Below are positions 16,317 through 25,042 of a stretch of DNA of 64,000 nucleotides, one piece after another; within the stretch, counting starts at the first letter, position 1; the number at the start of each line of letters is the position of its first letter. Source of the DNA: an uncultured Verrucomicrobiota bacterium (GTDB lineage Bacteria > Verrucomicrobiota > Verrucomicrobiia > Limisphaerales > UBA9464). Where the stretch lies: positions 261 to 64,260 of the forward strand of contig CAIMMI010000351.1 of NCBI GenBank assembly GCA_903842505.1. Direction: 5' to 3'. A program made the position numbers and the translations under genes. Under the pieces are notes generated by a model, which was not told the DNA's origin, made no database searches, and saw only the letters and a list, made by a program, of their open reading frames with translations.

Positions 16317-16397
16317 AACTCGGGAGTTCGACGCGGCTCGTGAGGACACTCGCTCCACCGCTGGCTGTGGGCTTGAAACCTGAATCTTGAAACTCCC
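16278..16397. repeat. Composite repeat: partial B(rev) - A(rev) - B(fwd) - A(rev)
   Basis: Components are gggactccgtcgagcc (16278-16295), gcttgaaacctgaatcttgaaact (16297-16320), ggctcgtgaggacactcgctccacc (16335-16359) and gcttgaaacctgaatcttgaaactccc (16371-16397). Confidence 0.8.
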
Positions 16398-16404
16398 TCG
16401 CCCC

Positions 16405-17706
16405 TCAGGAGGCGAGCCAGGCCTTGCCGGTGGGGAATTCGTGTTCGTCGAGACTGCGGGCGAGCATCTCGGTGGAATAGCCGGGCTGGGTGGGGACCTG
16501 ATAGCGGGCGTTCCGGATGCGGCAGGGTTCGACGAAGTGTTCGTGGAGGTGGTCGACGAATTCGCAGACGCGGTTTTCGAGGGAACCGCTGACGCAAGTG
16601 TAGTCGATCATCGAGATGTGCTGGACGAACTCGCAAAGGCCGACGCCGCCGGCGTGGGGGCAGACGGGAACGTTGAACTTTGCGGCGAGGAGGAGCACGG
16701 CGAGGTTTTCGTTCACGCCGCCGAGCCGGCAGGAGTCGATCTGACAGAAGGAAATGGCCTTCGCCTGGAGCAGTTGCTTGAAGAGGACGCGGTTCATTCC
16801 GTGTTCGCCGGTGGCGACGCCGATGCCGAGGGGTTCGACGGCGCGGGCGATGGCCGCGTGACCGAGGATGTCGTCGGGGGAAGTGGGTTCCTCGATCCAC
16901 CAAGGCTGGAAGGGCGCGAGGGCCTTCGTCCATTCGATGGCGGTAGGCACATCCCAGACCTGATTCGCGTCGACCATGAGCTTCCGGTCCCACCCGATTT
17001 CCTCGCGGATGATGGCGAGGCGGCGGAGGTCGTCGGCCAGGTCGCGGCCGACCTTGATCTTGATGTGAGTCCAGCCTTCGGCGACGGCCTCGCGGCAGAG
17101 GCGGCGGATCTTGTCGTCCGGGTAGCCGAGCCAGCCGGCGCTGGTCGTATAGGCGGGGTAACCGTCCCGTTCGAGTTCGGCGATCCGGTCAGCGCGACCG
17201 GCCAGTTGGCGGTGAAGGATGCCGAGGGCTTCATCGCGGGTGAGGGCGTCGGTGAGGTAACGGAAGTCGATGCAATCGACGAACTGTTCCGGGGTGAAGC
17301 TGGAGACCAGTTTCCAGACGGGCATTCCGGCCTGCTTGCCCCAGAGATCCCAGAGGGCGTTGACGATGGCAGCGAGGGCGAGGTGGACGGCGCCCTTGTC
17401 GGGTCCGATCCAACGGAGTTGGGAATCTCCCGTGAGGTGACGCCAGAAGGCGCCGGGTGCGGCGATGAACTCCTCGAGGTTCCGTCCGACCACCAGGTGG
17501 GTGTGGGCGCGGATGGCAGCACAGACCACGTCATTGCCGCGTCCGATGGTGAAGGTCGAGCCATGGCCTTCGAGTCCGGTGTCCGTGTGCAGGACCACAT
17601 AGGCGGAGGAGTAGTCCGGATCCGGGTTCATGGCGTCGGAGCCATCCTTCTGGGAGGAAGTGGGGAACCGGATGTCGCGGACCGACAGGTGCGTGATGCG
17701 GGGCAT
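16405..17706 (-). CDS. fucD: L-fuconate dehydratase (enolase superfamily, mandelate racemase subgroup)
   Basis: ATG 17706 gives MPRITHLSVRDIRFPTSSQKDGSDAMNPDPDYSSAYVVLHTD... This, together with ...VDANQVWDV...WIEEPTSPDDILGHA...IDSCRLGGVNE, closely parallels Xanthomonas FucD as I recall it. Confidence 0.8.
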   Translation of the reverse strand: MPRITHLSVRDIRFPTSSQKDGSDAMNPDPDYSSAYVVLHTDTGLEGHGSTFTIGRGNDVVCAAIRAHTHLVVGRNLEEFIAAPGAFWRHLTGDSQLRWIGPDKGAVHLALAAIVNALWDLWGKQAGMPVWKLVSSFTPEQFVDCIDFRYLTDALTRDEALGILHRQLAGRADRIAELERDGYPAYTTSAGWLGYPDDKIRRLCREAVAEGWTHIKIKVGRDLADDLRRLAIIREEIGWDRKLMVDANQVWDVPTAIEWTKALAPFQPWWIEEPTSPDDILGHAAIARAVEPLGIGVATGEHGMNRVLFKQLLQAKAISFCQIDSCRLGGVNENLAVLLLAAKFNVPVCPHAGGVGLCEFVQHISMIDYTCVSGSLENRVCEFVDHLHEHFVEPCRIRNARYQVPTQPGYSTEMLARSLDEHEFPTGKAWLAS

Positions 17707-17711
17707 GGCGA

Positions 17712-17745
17712 GGGAGATTGAAGGCTGGAGATTCAAGTTTGAAGC
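17712..17745. repeat. Family A repeat (forward), 5 nt from the fucD start codon
   Basis: The sequence is gggagattgaaggctggagattcaagtttgaagc. Confidence 0.75.
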
Positions 17746-17802
17746 CTTGGGCAGAGGATGGCCACGAGGCCTCGGTTGGCAGCGTCGGGATGCAGCCACA
17801 GC

Positions 17803-17834
17803 AAAACGCCCCCGGGGATGAGCCGGGGGCGTTT
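17803..17834 (-). terminator. Intrinsic terminator candidate downstream of efp
   Basis: On the minus strand, AAACGCCCCCGG-ctcatcc-CCGGGGGCGTTT forms a 12-bp stem whose 3' arm ends in TTT, followed by a further T (TTTTGC). Confidence 0.6.
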
Positions 17835-17851
17835 CGCGGGGGAGCGCGGGA

Positions 17852-18412
17852 TCAGGCGCGTTCCATGTACTTCCCGGAGCGGGTGTCGACCTTGATCTTC
17901 TCGCCGGTCTTGATGAAGAGCGGGGCGGAGATCTGGACGCCGGTCTCGAGGGTGATGAGCTTCTGGACGTTGTTGGCGGAGTCGCCCTTGAGGCCCTCGG
18001 GGGCGTCGGTCACCGTGAGGACGACGGAGGCCGGCATTTCGATCTGAACGACCTTCTCTTCGACGAAGGTCATGGTGACGGTGCCGTTCTCGACGAGGAA
18101 GTTCTTGGCATCACCGATCATCTCGGGGTTGACCGTGACTTCCTCATAGCTCTCCGGATTGACGAAGACGTAGTCGTCCCCGGTCTTGTAGGAGAACTCC
18201 ATCTTCTCGGAGTTCAGCGGGACGGTCTCGACCTTTTCGGTGGAGGCGAAGCGGACGTCCATGGACTTGCCGGTCTTGATGGAGCGGAGGATGGCCTGGA
18301 CGAAGGCGCGGAGGTTGCCGGGGGTGCGGTGGGTGACCTCCAGGACGACGCAGACGTCGGTGTTGTGAAGGATCGCCATCCCCTTGCGGAGGTCATTCGC
18401 GTTGACTGCCAT
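17852..18412 (-). CDS. efp: Elongation factor P
   Basis: ATG 18412 gives a 186-aa protein. Its C-terminus ...GLKGDSANNVQKLITLETGVQISAPLFIKTGEKIKVDTRSGKYMERA is classical EF-P. The rest of ORF 17852..18829 is upstream read-through. Confidence 0.9.
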   Translation of the reverse strand: MAVNANDLRKGMAILHNTDVCVVLEVTHRTPGNLRAFVQAILRSIKTGKSMDVRFASTEKVETVPLNSEKMEFSYKTGDDYVFVNPESYEEVTVNPEMIGDAKNFLVENGTVTMTFVEEKVVQIEMPASVVLTVTDAPEGLKGDSANNVQKLITLETGVQISAPLFIKTGEKIKVDTRSGKYMERA

Positions 18413-18612
18413 AAGCGTGAAAAATTGAACTGGAACCTGAAAATTTGAGCGGCCCTGAGCCGGAATCGGAACGGCGACGCTATCCAAGGGCATTGGGTTG
18501 GCAAGCTTGGTTTTGGGAACGGCGTTTGCCTGCAACCCCGATTTCGACAAACTGGCCGGGTGTGGCCAGCCCATCATGATCGGGTGCCGTTCACGGAAAA
18601 GGCGAACCTCGC

Positions 18613-19242
18613 ATGACAACGAAGCGGGAGGACATTCGGGAGGCGGTCCGGACATTGGATGACCGACGCTTTGACCTCGCGTATCCGAAGTCGGTGCGGG
18701 CGGTGTCGGGTACGCACTGGACGCCGCTGAAGGTGGCGGTCCGGGCGGCGGAGTTTCTGGTGCGCGGGCCGGAGACCCGGGTGTTGGACATCGGATGCGG
18801 GCCGGGGAAGTTCTGCATTGCGGGAGCATTGGCGACGGGCGGGCACTTCACGGGCGTGGATCGGCGGGGGCGGTTGTGCGAGGTGGGGCGAGCGCTGGCG
18901 ACGCGGGCGGAGGTTTCGAACGTGGAGTTCCGCCATGCCAACGTCACGGAACTCTCCTTCGCAGGCTTTGATGCCTTCTACCTGTTCAATCCGTTCGCCG
19001 AAAACCTCGGAATGGCGCCGCCCATCGACGAGACGGTGAGCCTGTCGACGGCCCACTACGCGGAGTTCACGTCCCATGTGGCGCGGGAACTGGCGCTGGC
19101 GCCGCTGGGGACGCGGGTGGTCACCTACTTCGGAGCGTGCGAGGACATCCCAATGGGGTTTTCGTGCGTGGGTTCGGCGCTGACCTCGGAGCTGCGGTTC
19201 TGGGAGAAGACGCGGTTCCATCCGGATGGCGGGCCGGGGTGA
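18613..19242 (+). CDS. Class I SAM-dependent methyltransferase
   Basis: RVLDIGCGPGKFCI is motif I, and FDAFYLFNPF is a motif II/III-like stretch. Confidence 0.65.
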   Translation: MTTKREDIREAVRTLDDRRFDLAYPKSVRAVSGTHWTPLKVAVRAAEFLVRGPETRVLDIGCGPGKFCIAGALATGGHFTGVDRRGRLCEVGRALATRAEVSNVEFRHANVTELSFAGFDAFYLFNPFAENLGMAPPIDETVSLSTAHYAEFTSHVARELALAPLGTRVVTYFGACEDIPMGFSCVGSALTSELRFWEKTRFHPDGGPG

Positions 19243-19245
19243 GGA

Positions 19246-19351
19246 GGGAGTTTGAAGTTTTCCGTTTCAAGTTTGAAGCACCCGACCGGCCTTGAAACTT
19301 GAATCTTGAAACTTGGGACTCCCCCCCGGCTCGTGAGGACACTCGCCCCAC
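19246..19351. repeat. Composite repeat: A(fwd) - A(rev) - B(fwd)
   Basis: Components are gggagtttgaagttttccgtttcaagtttgaagc (19246-19279), gccttgaaacttgaatcttgaaacttgggactccc (19289-19323) and ggctcgtgaggacactcgccccac (19328-19351). Confidence 0.8.
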
Positions 19352-19469
19352 TGGTTGACCCGGGGCAGTGTGAGGGGAAGAAATTCCTGTAACCGCGGGG
19401 CTGCGGATCAGGTCAGCCGTGGTACATACTCAAAGTCGTCAAAGCACAACCTGTTCGGAGAATCATTCG

Positions 19470-20057
19470 ATGAAATCCCTGTCTCGCATCCTGTCGGTCG
19501 CGGCGCTTGGTGCCGCGGTGGTGTTCAGCAGTCTTTCGGCGTCCGCCCAGGACGCGAACGGTGACAACAACGGTGGCGGCGGCGGCGGCCGTCGGAACCG
19601 TGGGGGTGGCCAGGGCGGGCCTGGTGGCGGTGGTCCTGGCGGGAACTTTGATCCGGCCCAGATGCGGCAGCGGATGGCTGAGCGCATGCGCGAGCAGTTC
19701 GGGGTGAAGGACGACACCGAGTGGAAGCTGATCTCCGAGCGCATCGAGAAGGTCAGTGACGCCCGGCGCGACATGGGTGGCCGCGGCGGACTGGGAATGA
19801 TGTGGGGTGGCGGCCGTGGCGGTGGTCCTGGCGGCCAGGGTGGACCCGGAGGCGGCCAGGTGAATGCGGAGCAGGATGCCCTGCAGAAGGCCATCGAGTC
19901 GAATGCGCCGGCCGATGAGATCAAGACCAAGCTGGCCAAGTACCGGGCCTCGCAGAAGGACAAGGAAGCCAAGCTGGCGAAGGCCCAGGATGACCTGCGT
20001 CAGGTCCTCACGGTGAAGCAGGAAGCCACGGCGGTCCTGCTCGGGCTCCTCAAGTAG
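19470..20057 (+). CDS. Secreted Gly-rich helical protein, CpxP/Spy-like (LTxxQ-type) tentative
   Basis: ATG 19470 gives MKSLSRILSVAALGAAVVFSSLSASA (signal-like). There are two GGGxGG-rich tracts, helical K/E/Q-rich segments, and VLTVKQ near the C-terminus. Confidence 0.5.
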   Translation: MKSLSRILSVAALGAAVVFSSLSASAQDANGDNNGGGGGGRRNRGGGQGGPGGGGPGGNFDPAQMRQRMAERMREQFGVKDDTEWKLISERIEKVSDARRDMGGRGGLGMMWGGGRGGGPGGQGGPGGGQVNAEQDALQKAIESNAPADEIKTKLAKYRASQKDKEAKLAKAQDDLRQVLTVKQEATAVLLGLLK

Positions 20058-20086
20058 GCTGCCCTTCCGCCTCGATTCTGATTCCC

Positions 20087-20108
20087 GGGGCGCCACGGCG
20101 CCCCTTTT
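20087..20108 (+). terminator. Intrinsic terminator candidate
   Basis: GGGGCGC-cacg-GCGCCCC is followed by TTTT, 13 nt before the gspE ATG. Confidence 0.6.
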
Positions 20109-20120
20109 CCGACTCTTCCC

Positions 20121-21860
20121 ATGGCTGGCGAACCGACAACCGATTCCCTGCTGGAACAGATGGTGGCCGAGCGCCAGCTGTCCGCAGCCGATGCCAGCCT
20201 CCTGCGACAGGGGTTGGGAGGGGCGGCCAATGCTTCGAACGAGGCGGATGTCCTCCGCTGGTTGGCGGGGGAGTATGCCGTGGGGTTCGAGACCCTGGAG
20301 GACATTGATCCGGACAAGGACCTGCTGGCGCGGTTCCCGGCCCGGATCCTCCTCAAGGAAGAGTTGCTTCCGTTGCGGCGGGAGAACGGGCACGTGCAGG
20401 TCGCGACGGCGCGTCTGTTCGCGACGCAGGGCCTGGATGCGCTCAAGTCGCTGACGGGCCTCCGGCTCCAGCCGATCCTGGCGACCCGCGAGGCGATCCA
20501 GCGCGAGATGAAGAAGCGGCTGGGCGTCGGCGCGGACACGCTCGGCACGCTCGGTGAGGAGGCGTCGTTTCAGGTCGTCGATGAGGACGGAACGGAAGGA
20601 ACCGACCTCGATAATGCGGCCGAGGACGCGTCGATCATCCGCTTCGTCAACCAGGTGCTCCGGGATGCCATCGAACTCCGGGCCTCGGACATCCACCTCG
20701 AACCCTTCGAGACCGAGCTGCGGATCCGGTACCGCATCGACGGTGTGCTCCAGGAAGTTCCGGTTCCGGCGCAGATCAAGCGGTTCCAGCCGGCGATTGT
20801 TTCCCGCGTCAAGATCCTATCCCACCTGAACATCGCCGAGAAACGGCTGCCGCAGGACGGCCGGATCAAGATCCGGATCGACGATGCGGAGGTCGACATC
20901 CGCGTGTCGGTGATCCCGATGCTGCACGGCGAGGCGGTCGTCATGCGTCTGCTGCGGCAGAACTCGACGCTGCGGGGGATGGCGGAGCTGGGGTTGAGCG
21001 CGAAGGAACTGAAGAGCTTCAAGCGCGTGCTGGGTTTGCCGCACGGGATCATCCTGGTGACGGGGCCGACGGGCTCGGGCAAGACCTCGACGCTGTACAC
21101 GGCGCTCAATGCGATCAACGACGCGGACACCAAGATCATCACGATCGAGGACCCGATCGAGTACCAGCTGAAGGGGATCAACCAGATCCAGGTTTCGGAG
21201 AAGGCGGGACTGACCTTTGCGCGGGGGCTTCGGGCGATCCTGCGCCACGACCCGGACGTGCTGCTCATCGGCGAAATCCGCGACCAGGAGACGGCGCAGA
21301 TCGCGGTGCAGGCATCGCTGACTGGTCACCTGGTTTTCTCGACGCTTCACACGAACGATGCGCCGGGCGCGTTGACGCGGTTGGTCGACATGGGAGTGGA
21401 GCCCTACCTCGTGGCGTCGTCGCTGGAGGCGGTGCTGGCGCAACGCTTGGTGCGTGTGCTCTGCAAGGAGTGCAAGCAGGTCGACGATTCGCCGGCGGCA
21501 GTTGCGTTGAAGAACGAACTGAAGCTTTCCCCCACCCAGCCGATCTATCGGTCGGTGGGCTGCCGCGAGTGCCGGATGACCGGTTACCATGGTCGGCGGG
21601 CGATCTTCGAGTGGATGGACACCAACCACGAGATCCGGCGGTTGATCCTGAAGAATTCCTCGAGCGGCGAGATCCGTGAAGCAGCACGGCGCGCGGGCAT
21701 GCGGCCGTTGGTCGAAGACGGTTGGCGGTTGGTCTCTGAAGGAGTCACGACGTTGGAAGAAGTGCTGCGCGTGACCAAGGAATCCGCCGATGACGGTCCG
21801 ACGACCGGGGTGGCGGAGATCATGGCGACCACGGCGGCGGCGCAGGCCGAGGAATCCTGA
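20121..21860 (+). CDS. gspE: Type II secretion ATPase GspE
   Basis: N-terminal GSPII_E_N-like domain, Walker A VTGPTGSGKTS, Asp/His boxes, and the tetracysteine CKECKQ...GCRECRMTGYHGR. Confidence 0.9.
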   Translation: MAGEPTTDSLLEQMVAERQLSAADASLLRQGLGGAANASNEADVLRWLAGEYAVGFETLEDIDPDKDLLARFPARILLKEELLPLRRENGHVQVATARLFATQGLDALKSLTGLRLQPILATREAIQREMKKRLGVGADTLGTLGEEASFQVVDEDGTEGTDLDNAAEDASIIRFVNQVLRDAIELRASDIHLEPFETELRIRYRIDGVLQEVPVPAQIKRFQPAIVSRVKILSHLNIAEKRLPQDGRIKIRIDDAEVDIRVSVIPMLHGEAVVMRLLRQNSTLRGMAELGLSAKELKSFKRVLGLPHGIILVTGPTGSGKTSTLYTALNAINDADTKIITIEDPIEYQLKGINQIQVSEKAGLTFARGLRAILRHDPDVLLIGEIRDQETAQIAVQASLTGHLVFSTLHTNDAPGALTRLVDMGVEPYLVASSLEAVLAQRLVRVLCKECKQVDDSPAAVALKNELKLSPTQPIYRSVGCRECRMTGYHGRRAIFEWMDTNHEIRRLILKNSSSGEIREAARRAGMRPLVEDGWRLVSEGVTTLEEVLRVTKESADDGPTTGVAEIMATTAAAQAEES

Positions 21861-21869
21861 GGAACCGCC

Positions 21870-23321
21870 ATGGCATCCTTTCAATACCGGGCCCTCCAGA
21901 ACGACGGCGGCATCGCCGAGGGTTCCCTGGAGGCTCCGAACCGGCAGGAGGCCCTGCGGTTGCTGGGCACGAAGGGGCTGAGGCCGATCCGGCTTTCGGA
22001 TGGCGGGGCAGCCGCTCCGGCGCCGACCCGTCCTTCGGCGGCGACGTCGGCCCGGACTGCAAGCGGTGGATCGGCAGCGTCGGGCGGGAGTGCCGCGGTT
22101 GCGTCCGCGCCCCGGGGCAACGTTCCGAGACCGGGTTCCCGGATTGCGACCATGCCGGCAGCGAAGGCGACCGCGAAGCCGGCTCCGCGTCCGGTTCCCG
22201 CGAAGGCGACGGGTTCGAAAGGTTCCAAGGGCGAGGCAGCGGCTCCGGCGGGTGGCGGGATGAAGCTGAGCCTGGGCGGCCAGAAGATCACGGCGCGCAT
22301 CCTGGAGAACTTCACGCGGTTGCTTTCGAGCCTGCTTTCGGCGGGCGTGCCGTTGAGCCGGGCGCTGGTCATCCTGATGCGCGAGGCGGCCACGCCGGTG
22401 GCGGGCGCGCAGTGGAAGCAGATCCACGACCTGGTGGTGGACGGACTTTCGCTGGCGGAGGCGATGAGTCGGTCGCCGAAGACGTTCCCCCGGGTGTACG
22501 TCGCGATGGTCGAGGCGGGTGAGACCGGCGGGTTCCTCGACGTTGTGCTCGGTCAGATCGCGGACTTCCAGGCGCGGGAGAAGGAGATGCGGGGCAAGGT
22601 CATGACCGCGCTGCTCTACCCGGTCATCCTGCTGATCCTGGCGTTGGGCGTGTTGATCTTCCTGTTGGTGTTCTTCATCCCGCGTTTCCAGACGATCTTC
22701 ACCGGCTTCGGCGCGGAGTTGCCGTTGCTCACGCAGTTGATCGTATCGACGAGCGAGATCCTGCGGTCCTGGGGCATCGTGCTGGCGCTGGGACTGGGGA
22801 TCGGCGCGTTCTTCCTGCGGACGTGGTTCCTCTCCGAACAAGGGCGCCGGATGTGGGAAGGGTTGATCCTGAAGGCGCCGGTGATCGGGCCGCTGGTGGC
22901 GCAGTTCTCGATGTCGCGGTTCTGCCGGATGCTGGGGACTCTGCTGGGCGCGGGCGTGCCGCTGGTGAACGGGTTGAACGTCGCGCGGCGATCGATCGGC
23001 AACCAGATCCTGGTCGATGCCGTCACCAACTCGATCGAACGGGTGAAGGAGGGCAAGCAACTGGGGCCGAGCCTCGGCGATTGCCGGATGCTCTTCTCCG
23101 GCGCGACGCTGGAGATGATCTCGGTGGCCGAGGAAAGCGGTCGGCTGGACCAGGAGTTGGTCCGGATCGCGAACGTGACCGAGGGCGACCTCGACCGGCA
23201 GCTGAAGACGGCGGTGGCGCTGGCCGAGCCGCTCATGCTCTTCCTGATTGCAGGCTTCATCGGCGTCATCTTCATCGGCATGGTGATCCCGATCTTCTCG
23301 TTGCAGGACCACATCAAGTGA
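21870..23321 (+). CDS. gspF: Type II secretion platform protein GspF (with a low-complexity insert)
   Basis: Two GspF repeats (FTRLLSSLLSAGVPLSRAL and FCRMLGTLLGAGVPLVNGL) and three TM segments. There is an Ala/Pro/Ser/Gly-rich insert at about residues 44-130. Confidence 0.9.
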   Translation: MASFQYRALQNDGGIAEGSLEAPNRQEALRLLGTKGLRPIRLSDGGAAAPAPTRPSAATSARTASGGSAASGGSAAVASAPRGNVPRPGSRIATMPAAKATAKPAPRPVPAKATGSKGSKGEAAAPAGGGMKLSLGGQKITARILENFTRLLSSLLSAGVPLSRALVILMREAATPVAGAQWKQIHDLVVDGLSLAEAMSRSPKTFPRVYVAMVEAGETGGFLDVVLGQIADFQAREKEMRGKVMTALLYPVILLILALGVLIFLLVFFIPRFQTIFTGFGAELPLLTQLIVSTSEILRSWGIVLALGLGIGAFFLRTWFLSEQGRRMWEGLILKAPVIGPLVAQFSMSRFCRMLGTLLGAGVPLVNGLNVARRSIGNQILVDAVTNSIERVKEGKQLGPSLGDCRMLFSGATLEMISVAEESGRLDQELVRIANVTEGDLDRQLKTAVALAEPLMLFLIAGFIGVIFIGMVIPIFSLQDHIK

Positions 23322-23351
23322 CCGACTGAACTTTCCGAACCAAATCCGACC

Positions 23352-23798
23352 ATGAAAACGAATCAACGGACTGGAATCCGGCGCGGGCAGCGTTCCGGCT
23401 TCACCCTTATCGAACTGCTGCTGGTGCTGGTGATCCTCGGGATCCTGGCGGCGATCGTCGTGCCAAAGTTCTCCGGCCGTACGGAGCAGGCGCGCGCGAC
23501 GGCGGCGCAGACGCAGATCGCGACCTTTGGAACTGCGCTCGACTCGTTCGAGGTCGACGTGGGCTATTATCCGAAGGGTCGGAACGGCCTGAACGACCTG
23601 TTCACGCAGCCGCGGGACGCGCAGAACTGGCGCGGGCCCTACATCAAGAACGAGATCCCCAAGGATCCGTGGCAGAACGAGTACGTCTACGAATGCCCGG
23701 GCAAGAACAACCCGAGCTCGTACGACCTGTACTCGATGGGACCGGACGGCCGGGCCGGCTCCGAGGACGACATCACGAACTTCAAGACGAAGAAGTAG
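23352..23798 (+). CDS. gspG: Major pseudopilin GspG
   Basis: The prepilin N-terminus is RSGFTLIELLLVLVILGILAAIVVPKF. The GspG core motifs are YYPKG..GLNDLF...WRGPYIK..PKDPWQNEYVYECPG...YDLYSMGPDG. Confidence 0.9.
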   Translation: MKTNQRTGIRRGQRSGFTLIELLLVLVILGILAAIVVPKFSGRTEQARATAAQTQIATFGTALDSFEVDVGYYPKGRNGLNDLFTQPRDAQNWRGPYIKNEIPKDPWQNEYVYECPGKNNPSSYDLYSMGPDGRAGSEDDITNFKTKK

Positions 23799-23803
23799 GG
23801 GCC

Positions 23804-24055
23804 GGGGGAGTTTCAAGATGGAAGGTTCAAGTTTGAAGCCCGCCCGCTGTGGGTAGATCTGGACACTGGCCCCGAAACTGGTGGGGCGAGACTCCGTCAA
23901 GCCGCTCCAGAGAATGAAACAGGCCCGAATCGGCTCGTGAGGACACTCGCCCCACCCCTCGTTGGAGGGCAGTGTGAAGATGCGCTCGCCTGCCGTTGCC
24001 CAGCTCCTTCAAACTGAAAACTGAAAACTTGAATCTCGCCCTTTGAAACTCCCCC
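23804..24055. mobile_element. 252-bp MITE-like composite repeat with 13-bp perfect terminal inverted repeats, inside the T2SS operon
   Basis: The left end GGGGGAGTTTCAA (23804-23816) is the reverse complement of the right end TTGAAACTCCCCC (24043-24055). The interior is A(fwd) 23804-23839, B(rev) 23880-23903, B(fwd) 23932-23956 and A(rev) 24007-24055. It encodes no transposase. Confidence 0.65.
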
Positions 24056-24675
24056 CCCCATCCGCCCGCCGCGGTTTCACGCTGATCGAGCTGATCCTCG
24101 TGATGGCGTTGATCACGGTGGTGATGGCCTTGGTCTCGCCGTCGCTGGGCGGGTTCCTGCGGGGACGTTCGATGCAGTCGGAGGTGAGCCGGTTCATCTC
24201 GCTGACGCACTATGCGCAGGCGCGGGCGGCGCATGAGGGGATCCCGATCCGCCTGTGGGTAGACCCGGAGCTGAGGACGTACGGGATGGCGAGCGAGTAC
24301 GTGCTGGCCCAGTCGGGACAGGATCCGCATCGGCGGGAGTACGAGTTGGCGGCGGATCTGGAGGTGGAGGTGGACACGCGATCGTTCGCCACCCTGCAGG
24401 GAAACAGGCTGGCGTTGCAGGACCGCTGGGCGGCCGGGCAGCCGATGACCGGTGCGGCGACGGGAAGCCGGTCGCAGGTGGTGTTCCGGTTCACGCCGGA
24501 TGGTTTCATCGACGAGACGAGCCCCTTGGGGCTGACGTTCCGTCACAAGCCGCTCGGGGGCGGTTCGATCCGCCGCGGACAGTCCGATCCGCGGGATGAG
24601 GTGTACGTCGGGCAGAACTTGATGCGGCTTCGTTATGAGGTTCAGACCAACCAGATCCAGGCGCCCAGGCGTTGA
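24043..24675 (+). CDS. gspH: Minor pseudopilin, GspH-like
   Basis: MKLPPPSARRGFTLIELILVMALITVVMALVSPSL is a prepilin leader plus hydrophobic helix. TTG 24043 is the only in-frame start after the stop at 24022-24024. Confidence 0.7.
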   Translation: MKLPPPSARRGFTLIELILVMALITVVMALVSPSLGGFLRGRSMQSEVSRFISLTHYAQARAAHEGIPIRLWVDPELRTYGMASEYVLAQSGQDPHRREYELAADLEVEVDTRSFATLQGNRLALQDRWAAGQPMTGAATGSRSQVVFRFTPDGFIDETSPLGLTFRHKPLGGGSIRRGQSDPRDEVYVGQNLMRLRYEVQTNQIQAPRR

Positions 24676-25042
24676 CGGTCGGTCGGGGTTCACCCTGGCG
24701 GAGTCGCTGGCGGCGCTGGCGTTCCTGGCCGTGGTGATTCCCGTGGCGGTGCAGGGCGTTCGCATCGCCAACCTGGCGGGGCAGGTGGCGGAGCGGAAGG
24801 TGGTGGCGGCGCAGGTGGCGGACCGGGTGTTGAATGAGTTGGTGGTGACGGGGCGCTGGAACACGAGCAGCCAGGGCACGGTGGACGAGGGGCGTCACCA
24901 GTTCAGCTGGCGATCAGAAAGCACCTCGTGGGAGCGGGCGACCCTCCGGCAGGCAACGGTCGTCGTGACCTACAAGGTCCAGGGCAAGGAATACGAGGTC
25001 CGGGCCGCGACGATCCTCGATTCCGCACAGGTCCTCCAATGA
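24635..25042 (+). CDS. gspI: Minor pseudopilin, GspI-like
   Basis: RSGFTLAESLAALAFLAVVIPVAV is a prepilin-type N-terminus. At 135 aa the size fits GspI. It overlaps gspH by 41 nt. Confidence 0.65.
   Translation: MRFRPTRSRRPGVDGRSGFTLAESLAALAFLAVVIPVAVQGVRIANLAGQVAERKVVAAQVADRVLNELVVTGRWNTSSQGTVDEGRHQFSWRSESTSWERATLRQATVVVTYKVQGKEYEVRAATILDSAQVLQ

Noticed and set aside
18413-18612. AT-rich stretch upstream of efp (gtgaaaaattgaactggaacctgaaaatttgag) as a possible ncRNA or leader.
   Set aside because: It resembles a degenerate family A-type word. I could not derive a convincing structure or promoter by eye.
24635-24675. 41-nt overlap between gspH and gspI as a sign of a frameshift or fused gene.
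   Set aside because: Both products have independent prepilin-type N-termini (RRGFTLIEL and RSGFTLAESL). The overlap is consistent with translational coupling.
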